A DNA stretch of 64,000 nt from an uncultured Eubacteriales bacterium. GTDB lineage: Bacteria > Bacillota > Clostridia > Christensenellales > Aristaeellaceae. Under the pieces are notes generated by a model. That model made no database searches. It worked only from the letters and a program-made list of their open reading frames with translations, and was not told the origin of the DNA. The DNA lies in assembly GCA_902801765.1 (NCBI GenBank), contig CADCJO010000001.1:37935-101934 (forward strand), written 5' to 3'. A program made the position numbers and the translations under genes. This document shows positions 1-8,343 of this stretch, piece after piece (the first letter of the stretch is position 1; every line of letters begins with the position of its first letter).

Positions 1-1398
1 CGCACCATTCTGGTGGAACGTGCCGCCGAAATACCGGCGGACTTTATCAATATCCACAATCATCACATAGGAATAGCCGCCGGCGCATCTACACCGGATT
101 GGTCATTTAAGGAGGTTGTCACACGCATGAACGACATGGAACACATCGACCAGGAAACCCAGCAGGAACCCGTCGCCCAGGTTGAGCAGGAAGCCGCAGC
201 TCCCGTGGAACAGGAAGCTCAGGAGCCCCAGGCGCTCACCATGGAAGACATCGAAAAGACCGTGGTTCGCATCCGCACGGGCCAAACCGTTACGGGCACC
301 GTGGTACAAATCACCGACGACGAAGTGTGCGTCAACATCGGTTACAAGTCCGATGGGCTGATCAAGCGCTCCGACTTGGTGGATCAGGACGTGAAACTCG
401 GCGACGAGATTGAGGTCGAGGTCGTCAAGGTCAACGACGGCGAAGGCAACGTCCTGCTCTCTCAGCGCAATATCGTAAACCGCAAGGCTTGGGAAGCGCT
501 GATGGAAAAGTATGAGAACGGCGAATATATCGACGCCGTGGGCAAGGAAGCCGTCAAAGGCGGTCTGCTGGCCAGCGTCGAGGGCGGTGTGCGTGCTTTC
601 GTGCCCGCTTCCCAGCTCGCTCAGCGCTATGTCGAAAAGATCGGCCAGTTCGTGGGCCAGCCCATGAAGCTCAAGATCATCGACGTGGATAAGCAGAAGA
701 AGCGCATCGTGGCCAGCCGCAAGCAGGTCATCGAAGAAGAATCCAAGGCCAAGAAAGAAGCGGCCTGGGAAAAGCTCGAAGTGGGCGCTGTCGTGACCGG
801 TATCGTCCGCCGCTTTGCGGACTTCGGCGCGTTTGTTGACCTGGGCGGCGTGGATGGCCTGATCCACATCACCGACCTGGCCTGGAGCCGCGTGAATCAT
901 CCCAGCGACGTGCTGCAGGTGAACCAGGAAGTGGAAGTCAAGATCAAGTCCCTGGACCGCGAACGCGAACGCATCCAGCTGGGCTTTAAGGAACTGCAGC
1001 CCAAACCCTGGGACAACATCGAAGAAAAGTATCCCGTGGGCGTCATCCTGGAGCGTCCCGTGGTCCGCATCCGTCCCTTCGGCGCGTTCGTCGAGTTGGA
1101 GCCCGGCGTGGACGGCCTGGTGCATATTTCCCAGGTTGCTCCCACCCGCGTTGCCAAGGTGGAAGACGTGCTGCAGGAAGGCCAGATGGTGCTGGTCAAG
1201 GTGCTGGGCGTTGATCCCGAAGCCAAGCGTATCAGCCTGAGCATCCGCCAGGCGCTGGAAGATGAATCCGTGCTCGAAAACAATGAGCTGGAAATCCCCG
1301 GCGAAGCGGAGGAAGCCCCCGCTGAGGAAGCTCCTGCGGAAGAAGCGTCCGCCGCGGAAGAAGCCCCTGCTGAAGAAGCGCCCGCCGACGCCGAATAA
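1..1398 (+). CDS. ispH: IspH (LytB) C-terminal end, truncated by the window edge, fused to ribosomal protein S1 repeats (Clostridial bifunctional type)
   Basis: Frame 1 is open from base 1. The '...GIAAGASTPDW' IspH C-terminus is followed by four S1-like OB repeats (GQTVTGTVVQI..., GAVVTGIVRRFADFGAFVDLGGVDGLIHITDL, RPFGAFVELEPGVDGLVHISQV) and an acidic PAEEA tail. A terminator follows. Confidence 0.85.
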   Translation, partial: RTILVERAAEIPADFINIHNHHIGIAAGASTPDWSFKEVVTRMNDMEHIDQETQQEPVAQVEQEAAAPVEQEAQEPQALTMEDIEKTVVRIRTGQTVTGTVVQITDDEVCVNIGYKSDGLIKRSDLVDQDVKLGDEIEVEVVKVNDGEGNVLLSQRNIVNRKAWEALMEKYENGEYIDAVGKEAVKGGLLASVEGGVRAFVPASQLAQRYVEKIGQFVGQPMKLKIIDVDKQKKRIVASRKQVIEEESKAKKEAAWEKLEVGAVVTGIVRRFADFGAFVDLGGVDGLIHITDLAWSRVNHPSDVLQVNQEVEVKIKSLDRERERIQLGFKELQPKPWDNIEEKYPVGVILERPVVRIRPFGAFVELEPGVDGLVHISQVAPTRVAKVEDVLQEGQMVLVKVLGVDPEAKRISLSIRQALEDESVLENNELEIPGEAEEAPAEEAPAEEASAAEEAPAEEAPADAE

Positions 1399-1414
1399 TC
1401 TTATCGTTCTCCCT

Positions 1415-1449
1415 GCCGCGCCCGCTTTATTGCGGCGCGGCGTTTTGTT
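1415..1449 (+). terminator. Rho-independent terminator of the ispH-S1 gene
   Basis: GCCGCGCC(c)GC / GCGGCGCGGC stem, loop TTTATT, then GTTTTGTT. Confidence 0.7.
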
Positions 1450-1451
1450 AT

Positions 1452-1552
1452 CAGAGAACAGAGTTCAGAGTACAGAGTGCAGTTTTATATAGTCAATCCC
1501 GGATATATTCGGAAGCGATTATGCCATATAATCTGAACTCTGTACTCTAAAG
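1452..1552. repeat. Heptad-arm hairpin element, copy A
   Basis: Left arm is (CAGAGAA)(CAGAGTT)(CAGAGTA)(CAGAGTG)CAG. Right arm ATCTGAACTCTGTACTCTAAAG is its inverted heptad array. 1467-1478 pairs with 1537-1548 (12 bp, plus 3 more) around a ~50-nt loop. The arms are near-identical to copy B at 11801-11905. Confidence 0.7.
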
Positions 1553-1567
1553 CATCTGGAGGATTTC

Positions 1568-2812
1568 ATGAGAAAAATTATTGCCCTTTTTCTTTTTCTT
1601 CTCCTTCTTTCCTGTGTCCACGCGCTGGCAGAGGAAGCGCCGGATTTAACCGCCCAGTGCAAGATCACGGTATCGTCCCAGTCCAAGCGCGCATCCCGCA
1701 TGAGCGACAGGGATTATCTGACCGGTTTCATCAGCGACAAGCAGAAAAATCCCAGCATTGAAATCGTTGCTCCAAAAGGCCAGCCAATGTATGGCTTGTA
1801 TGTCTGCTTTGGCGGCAAGCTGGCCCCCTGGGTGGTGGAAGCCAAGAAAGGCGGCAAATGGGTGGGCGTTTACCAGAGCGAAGGAGCTTTCGCCCATGAA
1901 TACGCCCCGCTGCCCGATGGGGAAACCGACGTGCGCATACGGCTGAACAGCGACAAGCAGGCCGTGCTGGCAGTCAGCGAGCTGTTTGTTTTGGGAGAGG
2001 GCGAAACGCCGTCTTACGTGCAGCAGTGGCAGCCCACCCCCGACAAGTGCGATCTGCTGGTATTAGCCGGACACCCGGATGACGAGATCTTATTCTTTGG
2101 TGGCGCGATTCCTTATTACGCCGCGGAACGGAATATGCAGGTAGTCGTCGCCTACTTAACCTCCGGCAACATGAGCGACCTGATCAAGAACAACCGCGTC
2201 ACCGGCCGCCGCAGCGAGCTGCTGAATGGGTTGTGGGAAATGGGCCTGCGCAATTATCCTGTGGTGTACGACTTCTGGGACAAGTTTTCCACCAAGCTGG
2301 ACAGCGGCTACACCGCCGTGGGCAAGAAAAAAGTACAGGAAACCATGGTCGAATTGCTACGCCAGTGCAAGCCCGAGGTCGTCGTGACCCATGACGTGAA
2401 CGGCGAATACGGCCACGGCATCCACCGCGTGTGTGCCGACGTGATGATGCACTGCATTCCCGTCGCCGCGGAAGCCGCCAATTACAACGATTCCGCCCTG
2501 CGGTATGGCGCATGGCAGGCGAAGAAGCTGTACCTGCACATGTATAACCAGAACCCCATCGAAATGGACTGGGATCAGCCGCTGTCCGCGTTCGGCGGGC
2601 TAACGGGCTACCAAGTGGCGGAGGCGGGGTATCAATGGCACGTGTCCCAACATGAAGCAGGCCAAAAGAATCCCGAAACCGGCAAGTTTGAATACTTCAT
2701 CGTGGAACCCCGGGAAAGCAAATACTCTTGCTACCGCTTCGGCCTGGCCTACACCGTGGTGGGTTACGACGTGAACGGCAACGATTTCTTTGAAAATATT
2801 CCCGGATACTGA
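1568..2812 (+). CDS. Secreted PIG-L/LmbE family deacetylase
   Basis: Signal peptide MRKIIALFLFLLLLSCVHALA. PIG-L motif LVLAGHPDDEILFFGG and a downstream His cluster HDVNGEYGHGIH. RBS GGAGG lies 7 nt upstream. Confidence 0.8.
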   Translation: MRKIIALFLFLLLLSCVHALAEEAPDLTAQCKITVSSQSKRASRMSDRDYLTGFISDKQKNPSIEIVAPKGQPMYGLYVCFGGKLAPWVVEAKKGGKWVGVYQSEGAFAHEYAPLPDGETDVRIRLNSDKQAVLAVSELFVLGEGETPSYVQQWQPTPDKCDLLVLAGHPDDEILFFGGAIPYYAAERNMQVVVAYLTSGNMSDLIKNNRVTGRRSELLNGLWEMGLRNYPVVYDFWDKFSTKLDSGYTAVGKKKVQETMVELLRQCKPEVVVTHDVNGEYGHGIHRVCADVMMHCIPVAAEAANYNDSALRYGAWQAKKLYLHMYNQNPIEMDWDQPLSAFGGLTGYQVAEAGYQWHVSQHEAGQKNPETGKFEYFIVEPRESKYSCYRFGLAYTVVGYDVNGNDFFENIPGY

Positions 2813-2873
2813 GCTTCTTTCCCGCGTTTGCTTTTCGCAGACGCGGGCATTTCTATGAAACAGGAGAAAAGAC

Positions 2874-3356
2874 ATGCGGCTGACGACCCTTTGCTATATC
2901 GAACGCGACGGATGCTACCTGATGATGAACCGCAACAAAAAGGCCAACGACGAAAACGAAGGAAAATGGATCGGCGTGGGCGGGCACATGGAGGAAAACG
3001 AAGCGCCGGAGGAATGCGTGCTGCGTGAAATCAAAGAGGAAACCGGACTGGAGGTCACGGACCTGCGGCTGCGCGGGATCATCACCTTCATCCTGCCGGA
3101 CTGGGGCAACGAGCTGACCTTTCTCTATACCGCGAAAACGGAAACGGTGGAAACCCTGCCCTGCTCAGAAGGAACCCTGGCCTGGATTCCCATTTCAAAA
3201 ATTCCCGAGCTGCCCTTATGGGAGGGCGACCGCATCTTTCTGCCCCTGCTGCAATCCCGGCAGGACTGCTTTTCCCTCAAGCTGATCTACGCCCCCGGCG
3301 GCGCTTTGATCCGTTATGCGCTGGATGGAGGAACAGTAATCAGCGCACAGGCATGA
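2874..3356 (+). CDS. NUDIX hydrolase (MutT-like)
   Basis: Nudix box GGHMEENEAPEECVLREIKEETGL (GX5EX7REUXEEXGU). Confidence 0.85.
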   Translation: MRLTTLCYIERDGCYLMMNRNKKANDENEGKWIGVGGHMEENEAPEECVLREIKEETGLEVTDLRLRGIITFILPDWGNELTFLYTAKTETVETLPCSEGTLAWIPISKIPELPLWEGDRIFLPLLQSRQDCFSLKLIYAPGGALIRYALDGGTVISAQA

Positions 3357-3360
3357 AACT

Positions 3361-3384
3361 CTACTGCCTACTGCCTATTGCCTG
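3361..3384. repeat. Solo heptad tandem array (CTACTGC)(CTACTGC)(CTATTGC)CTG
   Basis: Read directly, 5 nt after the NUDIX stop codon. No inverted partner was found within 150 bp. Confidence 0.6.
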
Positions 3385-3454
3385 AATCCTTTATGGCCAA
3401 ACCGTGAATTTTTGGAAAACGCAGGGTTTTGGGAAAAAGAGTCCATCTTCTGTC

Positions 3455-3483
3455 TTTACATTCCAGCGGCGCTATGGTATACT
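3455..3483 (+). promoter_or_regulatory. Sigma-A-type promoter of cggR-pgk-tpiA
   Basis: TTTACA - 17 nt - TATACT. Confidence 0.5.
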
Positions 3484-3489
3484 AATTTG

Positions 3490-3525
3490 TGGGACGCGAT
3501 TTGCCCAGTGGGGCAAGGTTCGTCC
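3490..3525 (+). promoter_or_regulatory. Candidate CggR operator (imperfect palindrome / repeated GGGAC-type half-sites)
   Basis: TGGGACgcgaTTTGCCCagtGGGGCAAggttcGTCC lies immediately downstream of the -10 box. It resembles the B. subtilis CggR operator pattern CGGGAC-N6-TGTC, repeated. Confidence 0.4.
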
Positions 3526-3548
3526 ATAAGAAAGAAAGGGGGCTGCGG

Positions 3549-4571
3549 ATGTTGGATGAAATGAAGGTACTCAGCCGTATCGCCCCTGACTTGATGGCCG
3601 ATATTGGCAGAAGGGCGCAGGTGCTTTCTTCCATAGAAAGTATGCAGCCGGTAGGCAGACGCGCCCTTGCAGCAAGGCTGAACCTGCCCGAGCGCGAAGT
3701 CCGCGCGGCAGCGGCGGCGCTGAAGGAGCTGGGACTCATCAGCATGGACGCCGCGGGAATGCAGCTGACTTCTCAGGCGATTGAGGTGCTTGCCGGGGCA
3801 CATGACCTGAGCCGCGCCATGTTCGGCCTGACAAAGCTGGAGCAGGAGCTTTCCAATTTTCTTGGTGTGCCGCATGTGATTGTGGTTTCCGGCAACGCTG
3901 ACAGCGATCCCCAGGTTCTGCGCGAAGTAGGCCGCGCTGCGGCGCATCGCGTGCATAAGCTGCTGCAAAGCGGCATGACCCTGGCCGTGACCGGGGGGCG
4001 CACCATGAGCGAAATGGCCCATGGCATGCAGTCCGCCACCCCCATGAATGTGATGGTGGTGCCTGCCCGCGGCGGGATGGGCGCTTCGGTAGAAACGCAG
4101 GCCAGCGCCGTGGCGGCGGAAATCGCCAAGCACATCGGCGGGCATTACCGGGTAATGCACCTGCCGGATTCGCTGGACGCGGCGGCGCTGCAGGAAATGA
4201 TGAAGCTGCCGGATGTGCGTGAACCGATAGAGTTGCTGCAGCGGGCCGACCTGGTGGTGCACGGTATCGGCCGGGCAGACACCATGGCCCAGCGCAGAAG
4301 GCTGTCAGCGGACGATGTTGAAATCCTGCGAAAGAAAAAAGCGGTGGGTGAAGCATTCGGCGATTTTTTTGACGGTGATGGCAAAACTGTGCTGAAAACC
4401 AGCACGGTATCCCTGGGCATCGGCAAGGCCTACAAGGAAAGTAAAATGGTGGCCGTGGCCGCGGGCGAACGCAAAGCGGAAGCTATCATTGCCGCCACCC
4501 GCCACGAAAAGCACGATTCCCTCATCACTGACGAAGCGGCGGCGCAAAAAATCGTCGCGCTGCTCAAATAA
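3549..4571 (+). CDS. cggR: Central glycolytic genes regulator, SorC/CggR family
   Basis: N-terminal wHTH (VGRRALAARLNLPEREV) plus a SorC sugar-phosphate-binding domain. It sits directly upstream of pgk. Start chosen at ATG 3549 behind an AAAGGGGG RBS; the ORF track begins at GTG 3489. Confidence 0.85.
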   Translation: MLDEMKVLSRIAPDLMADIGRRAQVLSSIESMQPVGRRALAARLNLPEREVRAAAAALKELGLISMDAAGMQLTSQAIEVLAGAHDLSRAMFGLTKLEQELSNFLGVPHVIVVSGNADSDPQVLREVGRAAAHRVHKLLQSGMTLAVTGGRTMSEMAHGMQSATPMNVMVVPARGGMGASVETQASAVAAEIAKHIGGHYRVMHLPDSLDAAALQEMMKLPDVREPIELLQRADLVVHGIGRADTMAQRRRLSADDVEILRKKKAVGEAFGDFFDGDGKTVLKTSTVSLGIGKAYKESKMVAVAAGERKAEAIIAATRHEKHDSLITDEAAAQKIVALLK

Positions 4572-4645
4572 CGGTTCCACGGCTTTTTGAAGCCTTGGCA
4601 TACAACTTTCGGTTATCCAAATAATTAAAAGGAGTGGCATCTATC

Positions 4646-5848
4646 ATGGCAAAGAAAACCATCGACGACATCAATGTAAAAGGCAAGCGGGTTCTGGTTC
4701 GCGTTGACTTCAACGTGCCCATGAAGGACGGCAAAATCACCAACGACAAGCGCATCCAGGCTGCGCTGCCCACCATTCAGAAGCTGATCGCGGACGGCGG
4801 CAAGGTCATCCTGTGCAGCCATCTGGGCAAGCCCAAGAACGGCCCCGAAGAAAAGTTTTCCCTGGCTCCCGTGGCCGTGCGCCTGGGCGAGCTGCTGGGC
4901 AAGAACGTTGTGTTCGCCAATGACGACAACGTTGTGGGCGAAAACGCCAAGGCCGCTGTCGCCGCCATGAAGGAAGGCGACGTGGTGCTGCTGCAGAACA
5001 CCCGCTTCCGCAAGGAAGAAACCAAGAACATCGAAGACTTCTCCAAGGAACTGGCTTCCCTGGCGGACTGCTATGTGGACGACGCTTTCGGCTCCTGCCA
5101 CCGCGCGCACTGCTCCACCGAGGGCGTGACCAAGTTCACTTCCCCCAACGTGGCCGGCTATCTGATTGGCAAGGAACTCTCCATCATGGGCAAGGCCCTG
5201 GAAAATGCTGACCGGCCCTTCGTGGCTGTTCTGGGCGGCGCTAAGATCGAAGACAAGCTGAACGTGATCAACAACCTGCTGGAAAAGGTTGACACCCTGA
5301 TCATCGGCGGCGGCATGGCCTTCACCTTCCTCAAGGCCAAGGGCTATGAAATCGGCCAGAGCTTGCTGGACGAAACCAAGCTGGACTACTGCAAGGACAT
5401 GATGAAGAAGGCCGAAGAAAAGGGCGTCAAGCTGCTTCTGCCCATCGACACCGTGATCGTGAAGGAATTCCCCAACCCCATCGACGCCCCCATCGACACC
5501 TGCGTTGTGGATTCTGACAAGATTCCCGCCGACATGCAGGGCTGCGACATCGGCCCCAAGACCGCGGAACTGTTCGGCAACGCCGTGAAGGCTGCCAAGA
5601 CCGTGGTTTGGAACGGCCCCATGGGCGTGTTTGAGAATCCCACCCTGGCCAAGGGCACCCTGGCTGTGGCCCAGGCCATGGCTGACAGCGACGCCGTGAC
5701 CATCATCGGCGGCGGCGACAGCGCGGCTGCCGTGGAACAGATGGGCCTGGCCGCCAAGATGACTCACATCTCCACCGGCGGCGGCGCTTCTCTGGAATAC
5801 CTGGAAGGCAAAGTGCTGCCCGGCGTTGCCTGCCTGGACGAGAAGTAA
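4646..5848 (+). CDS. pgk: Phosphoglycerate kinase
   Basis: [25 protein letters not shown]..., full-length PGK. Start ATG 4646, 10 nt after AAGGAG. Confidence 0.95.
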   Translation: MAKKTIDDINVKGKRVLVRVDFNVPMKDGKITNDKRIQAALPTIQKLIADGGKVILCSHLGKPKNGPEEKFSLAPVAVRLGELLGKNVVFANDDNVVGENAKAAVAAMKEGDVVLLQNTRFRKEETKNIEDFSKELASLADCYVDDAFGSCHRAHCSTEGVTKFTSPNVAGYLIGKELSIMGKALENADRPFVAVLGGAKIEDKLNVINNLLEKVDTLIIGGGMAFTFLKAKGYEIGQSLLDETKLDYCKDMMKKAEEKGVKLLLPIDTVIVKEFPNPIDAPIDTCVVDSDKIPADMQGCDIGPKTAELFGNAVKAAKTVVWNGPMGVFENPTLAKGTLAVAQAMADSDAVTIIGGGDSAAAVEQMGLAAKMTHISTGGGASLEYLEGKVLPGVACLDEK

Positions 5849-5850
5849 TT

Positions 5851-5937
5851 GAGTTTTTTCTGGGGGAAACCGCTCTTTGCAACCAAAGAGCGGTTTCCCC
5901 CAGACCCCCTTCCGAGAAAGTTATAAAGGATAACTGA
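5851..5937 (-). repeat. REP-like ~85-bp palindromic element, copy 1 (reverse orientation)
   Basis: TTTTTTC-TGGGGGAAACCGCTCTTTG-caac-CAAAGAGCGGTTTCCCCCA-GACCCCCTTCCGAGAAAGTTATAAAGGATAA. Its reverse complement aligns with copies 2 and 3. Confidence 0.8.
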
Positions 5938-5977
5938 ATCCTTTTCTTTTTCATTTTTAGGCCGAAGCAATTTACAA

Positions 5978-6060
5978 TAAAATCCCCTCTATGGCTTTCT
6001 TGGAGGGGGCCTGGGGGAACCATTCTTTGGCCTCCAAAGAATGGTTCCCCCAGAAAAAAT
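5978..6060 (+). repeat. REP-like ~85-bp palindromic element, copy 2
   Basis: ATCCCCTCTATGGCTTTCTTGGAGGGGGC-CTGGGGGAACCATTCTTTGG-cct-CCAAAGAATGGTTCCCCCAG-AAAAAA. It is head-to-head with copy 1, about 40 bp away. Confidence 0.8.
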
Positions 6061-6081
6061 AACAATAAAGGAGTGGTTCCC

Positions 6082-6834
6082 ATGCGCAAGCCTATTATCG
6101 CCGGTAACTGGAAAATGAATAAGACCCCCGAAGAAGCGAAAAAGCTGGTTGCTGATCTCAAGCCCCTGGTGAAGGACGCCAACGCGACGGTGGTCGTGTG
6201 CGTGCCCGCCGTGGACATCTGGGCTGTGAAGGAAGAAATCAAGGGCAGCAACATTCATCTGGGCGCTCAGAACGTGCACTTCAAAGAGTCCGGCGCGTAC
6301 ACCGGTGAGCTCTCCGCCGCCATGCTGAAGGAAGCGGGCGTGGAATACGTGATCATCGGCCACAGCGAACGCCGCCAGTATTTCGGCGAAACCGACGCCA
6401 CCGTGAACCTGCGCACCATCGCAGCCGTGAAGGCGGGCCTCAAGCCCATCATTTGCGTGGGTGAACGCAAGGAAGAACGCGAAGCGGGCTACACCAACGC
6501 CCTGGTGGAATACCAGACCCTGATCGCCCTGAACGGCCTGACCGAGGACGAAATCAAGAACGTAGTGATCGCTTATGAACCCGTGTGGGCCATCGGCACC
6601 GGCCTGACCGCTACCGACGAACAGGCCAACGAAACCATCGGTGTCATTCGCGCCGCCATCGCTCGGAAGTACGGCAAGCGGGTTGCCAACGCTGTGCGCA
6701 TCCAGTACGGCGGCAGCATGAACCCCAAGAACGTGAAGGGCCTGATGGCGCAGCCCGAAATCGACGGCGGCCTGATCGGCGGCGCTTCCCTGAAAGCGCC
6801 CGATTTCTCCCAGGTTGTCAACTACGATAAATAA
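6082..6834 (+). CDS. tpiA: Triosephosphate isomerase
   Basis: IIAGNWKMNK, AYEPVWAIGTG, GGASLK motifs. ATG 6082 follows AAAGGAG. Confidence 0.95.
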   Translation: MRKPIIAGNWKMNKTPEEAKKLVADLKPLVKDANATVVVCVPAVDIWAVKEEIKGSNIHLGAQNVHFKESGAYTGELSAAMLKEAGVEYVIIGHSERRQYFGETDATVNLRTIAAVKAGLKPIICVGERKEEREAGYTNALVEYQTLIALNGLTEDEIKNVVIAYEPVWAIGTGLTATDEQANETIGVIRAAIARKYGKRVANAVRIQYGGSMNPKNVKGLMAQPEIDGGLIGGASLKAPDFSQVVNYDK

Positions 6835-6847
6835 TCCTTCCATATCA

Positions 6848-6885
6848 AACGGCGGACGCTGACAATCAGCGCCCGCCGTTTTCTG
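6848..6885. terminator. Bidirectional terminator between tpiA and the convergent small gene
   Basis: AACGGCGGaCGCTGA-caa-TCAGCGcCCGCCGTT followed by TTCTGTT. An A-run lies on the other side. Confidence 0.7.
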
Positions 6886-6894
6886 TTGGATCAG

Positions 6895-7296
6895 TTATCG
6901 TTCCACATAGGTGAAATTACAGGAGAACGTGCAGGAATATTTTTCATCGCAGGAATACGTGCCAATTTTCATGCTGTGTTTCCCGTTGAATGTAAAGCTC
7001 TGTTTCCACAGGCTCAAAGGACTGACGGTAAACTGGTTGATCGTGCCAAAGTTTCCTTGGGCGATGAGTTTGTTGTTTTCATATACATTCATTTTGAATT
7101 CTTTGAAATTTTTGACTTCCACATCAGGGTTCAGGTTCACGAAATACCCTTCCACCTTGATGCTGTCGCTTGAAACGATAATCAGCGTTGGAAGAAAACG
7201 GATATAGTATCCAATGGGGGCATCCCGGGCAGCAAGCGCAGAAGAAACATTGAAGAGGCAGATGATGGCCAGAAATACAGCAAGCAACTTTTTCAT
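6895..7296 (-). CDS. Small secreted hypothetical protein (low-GC gene)
   Basis: Start at MKKLLAVFLAIICLFNVSSALA, behind an AAGGAGG RBS. It has a signal peptide, is beta-rich and Cys-containing, and has no recognisable motif. The gene and its flanks are visibly AT-rich compared with the neighbours. Confidence 0.6.
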   Translation of the reverse strand: MKKLLAVFLAIICLFNVSSALAARDAPIGYYIRFLPTLIIVSSDSIKVEGYFVNLNPDVEVKNFKEFKMNVYENNKLIAQGNFGTINQFTVSPLSLWKQSFTFNGKHSMKIGTYSCDEKYSCTFSCNFTYVER

Positions 7297-7392
7297 GCGT
7301 ACAGCCTCCTTTTGTGCCGATATTGAATTATCCATCCGCTCTAATCATAGCATGTTTTTCTATAAATGGCAATACCCGATTTCAAAACAGGT

Positions 7393-8343
7393 TTATAGAA
7401 TTGACTCTTTTTCCAGTTCTTTCTTGAAAGCATCCAATTCTTCATGATTCCCCAGCACAAAGTGCTTCGGTTCAATTTCACACCAAACCGGTTGATCGAC
7501 GCTGTAATCATGGATAGATTCATCATAGATTACAGGCGGCTTGTCCTGCTTCAAATCCGGCGATGGTACAGGCACGGCGGACAGGAGCGCTTTGGTGTAA
7601 GCGTGGAGCGGATGACGGAACAGGGTTTCCGTATCGGCAAGCTCCATCAGCTGTCCCTTATGGATGACGGCAATGCGGTCGCAGATGAAGCGCATCACGG
7701 ACAGATCGTGGGAAATGAACAGGTAGGTTAAGCCCCGCTTCTGCTGCAAATCGGCCAGCAGGTTCAGCACCTGAGCGCGGATACTTACGTCGAGGGCAGA
7801 GATGGGCTCGTCGGCGATGATGAATTCCGGCTGCATGATTAGCGCCCGGGCGACGCCGATGCGCTGGCGCTGGCCGCCCGAAAACTCGTGCGGGAAGCGG
7901 CTGGCAAACTCGGGCAGCAGCCCCACGTCCAGCAACGCCTGGTGCACCATCTCCTGCCGCTGTTCTTTGGTTAAACCCTTGTGGCTGTTGTACAGGCCCT
8001 CGGAAACAATATAGTCCACCTTGGCCCGCTCGTTCAGAGAGGCCATGGGGTCCTGGAAGATCATTTGAATCTTCCGGGTAATTTCCCGGTCCAGCTCGTT
8101 GCTGATCTTGCCGTTGATCTTTTGCCCCTTGAAAATCACTTCGCCCCCGGCAGTTTCATAAATGCGGATTATGGCGCGGCCGATGGTGGTTTTGCCGCTG
8201 CCGGATTCGCCCACCAGACCGAAGGTTTCGCCGGGAAAAATATCAAAGCTGACGCCCTTTACCGCGTGAAAAGGCTTGCGGCGGGAACCGAAATCCACCT
8301 TCAAATCACGCACAGATAAAAGCGGCTGTTTTTGTTCGCTCAT
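7393..8343 (-). CDS. oppF: Oligopeptide ABC transporter ATP-binding protein
   Basis: Walker A GESGSGKT, signature [15 protein letters not shown], and an Opp-type C-terminal extension. Confidence 0.9.
   Translation of the reverse strand: MSEQKQPLLSVRDLKVDFGSRRKPFHAVKGVSFDIFPGETFGLVGESGSGKTTIGRAIIRIYETAGGEVIFKGQKINGKISNELDREITRKIQMIFQDPMASLNERAKVDYIVSEGLYNSHKGLTKEQRQEMVHQALLDVGLLPEFASRFPHEFSGGQRQRIGVARALIMQPEFIIADEPISALDVSIRAQVLNLLADLQQKRGLTYLFISHDLSVMRFICDRIAVIHKGQLMELADTETLFRHPLHAYTKALLSAVPVPSPDLKQDKPPVIYDESIHDYSVDQPVWCEIEPKHFVLGNHEELDAFKKELEKESIL

Noticed and set aside
1452-1552. Heptad arrays or REP-like copies as a CRISPR array
   Set aside because: The units are contiguous 7-mers without spacers, or single palindromes tens of kb apart. 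There is no regular repeat-spacer periodicity and no cas gene in the window.
5703-6254. 183-aa minus-strand ORF spanning the pgk-tpiA spacer
   Set aside because: It reads through both REP-like elements and the ends of pgk and tpiA in antisense. There is no RBS, and it is an artefact of stop-poor GC-rich sequence.
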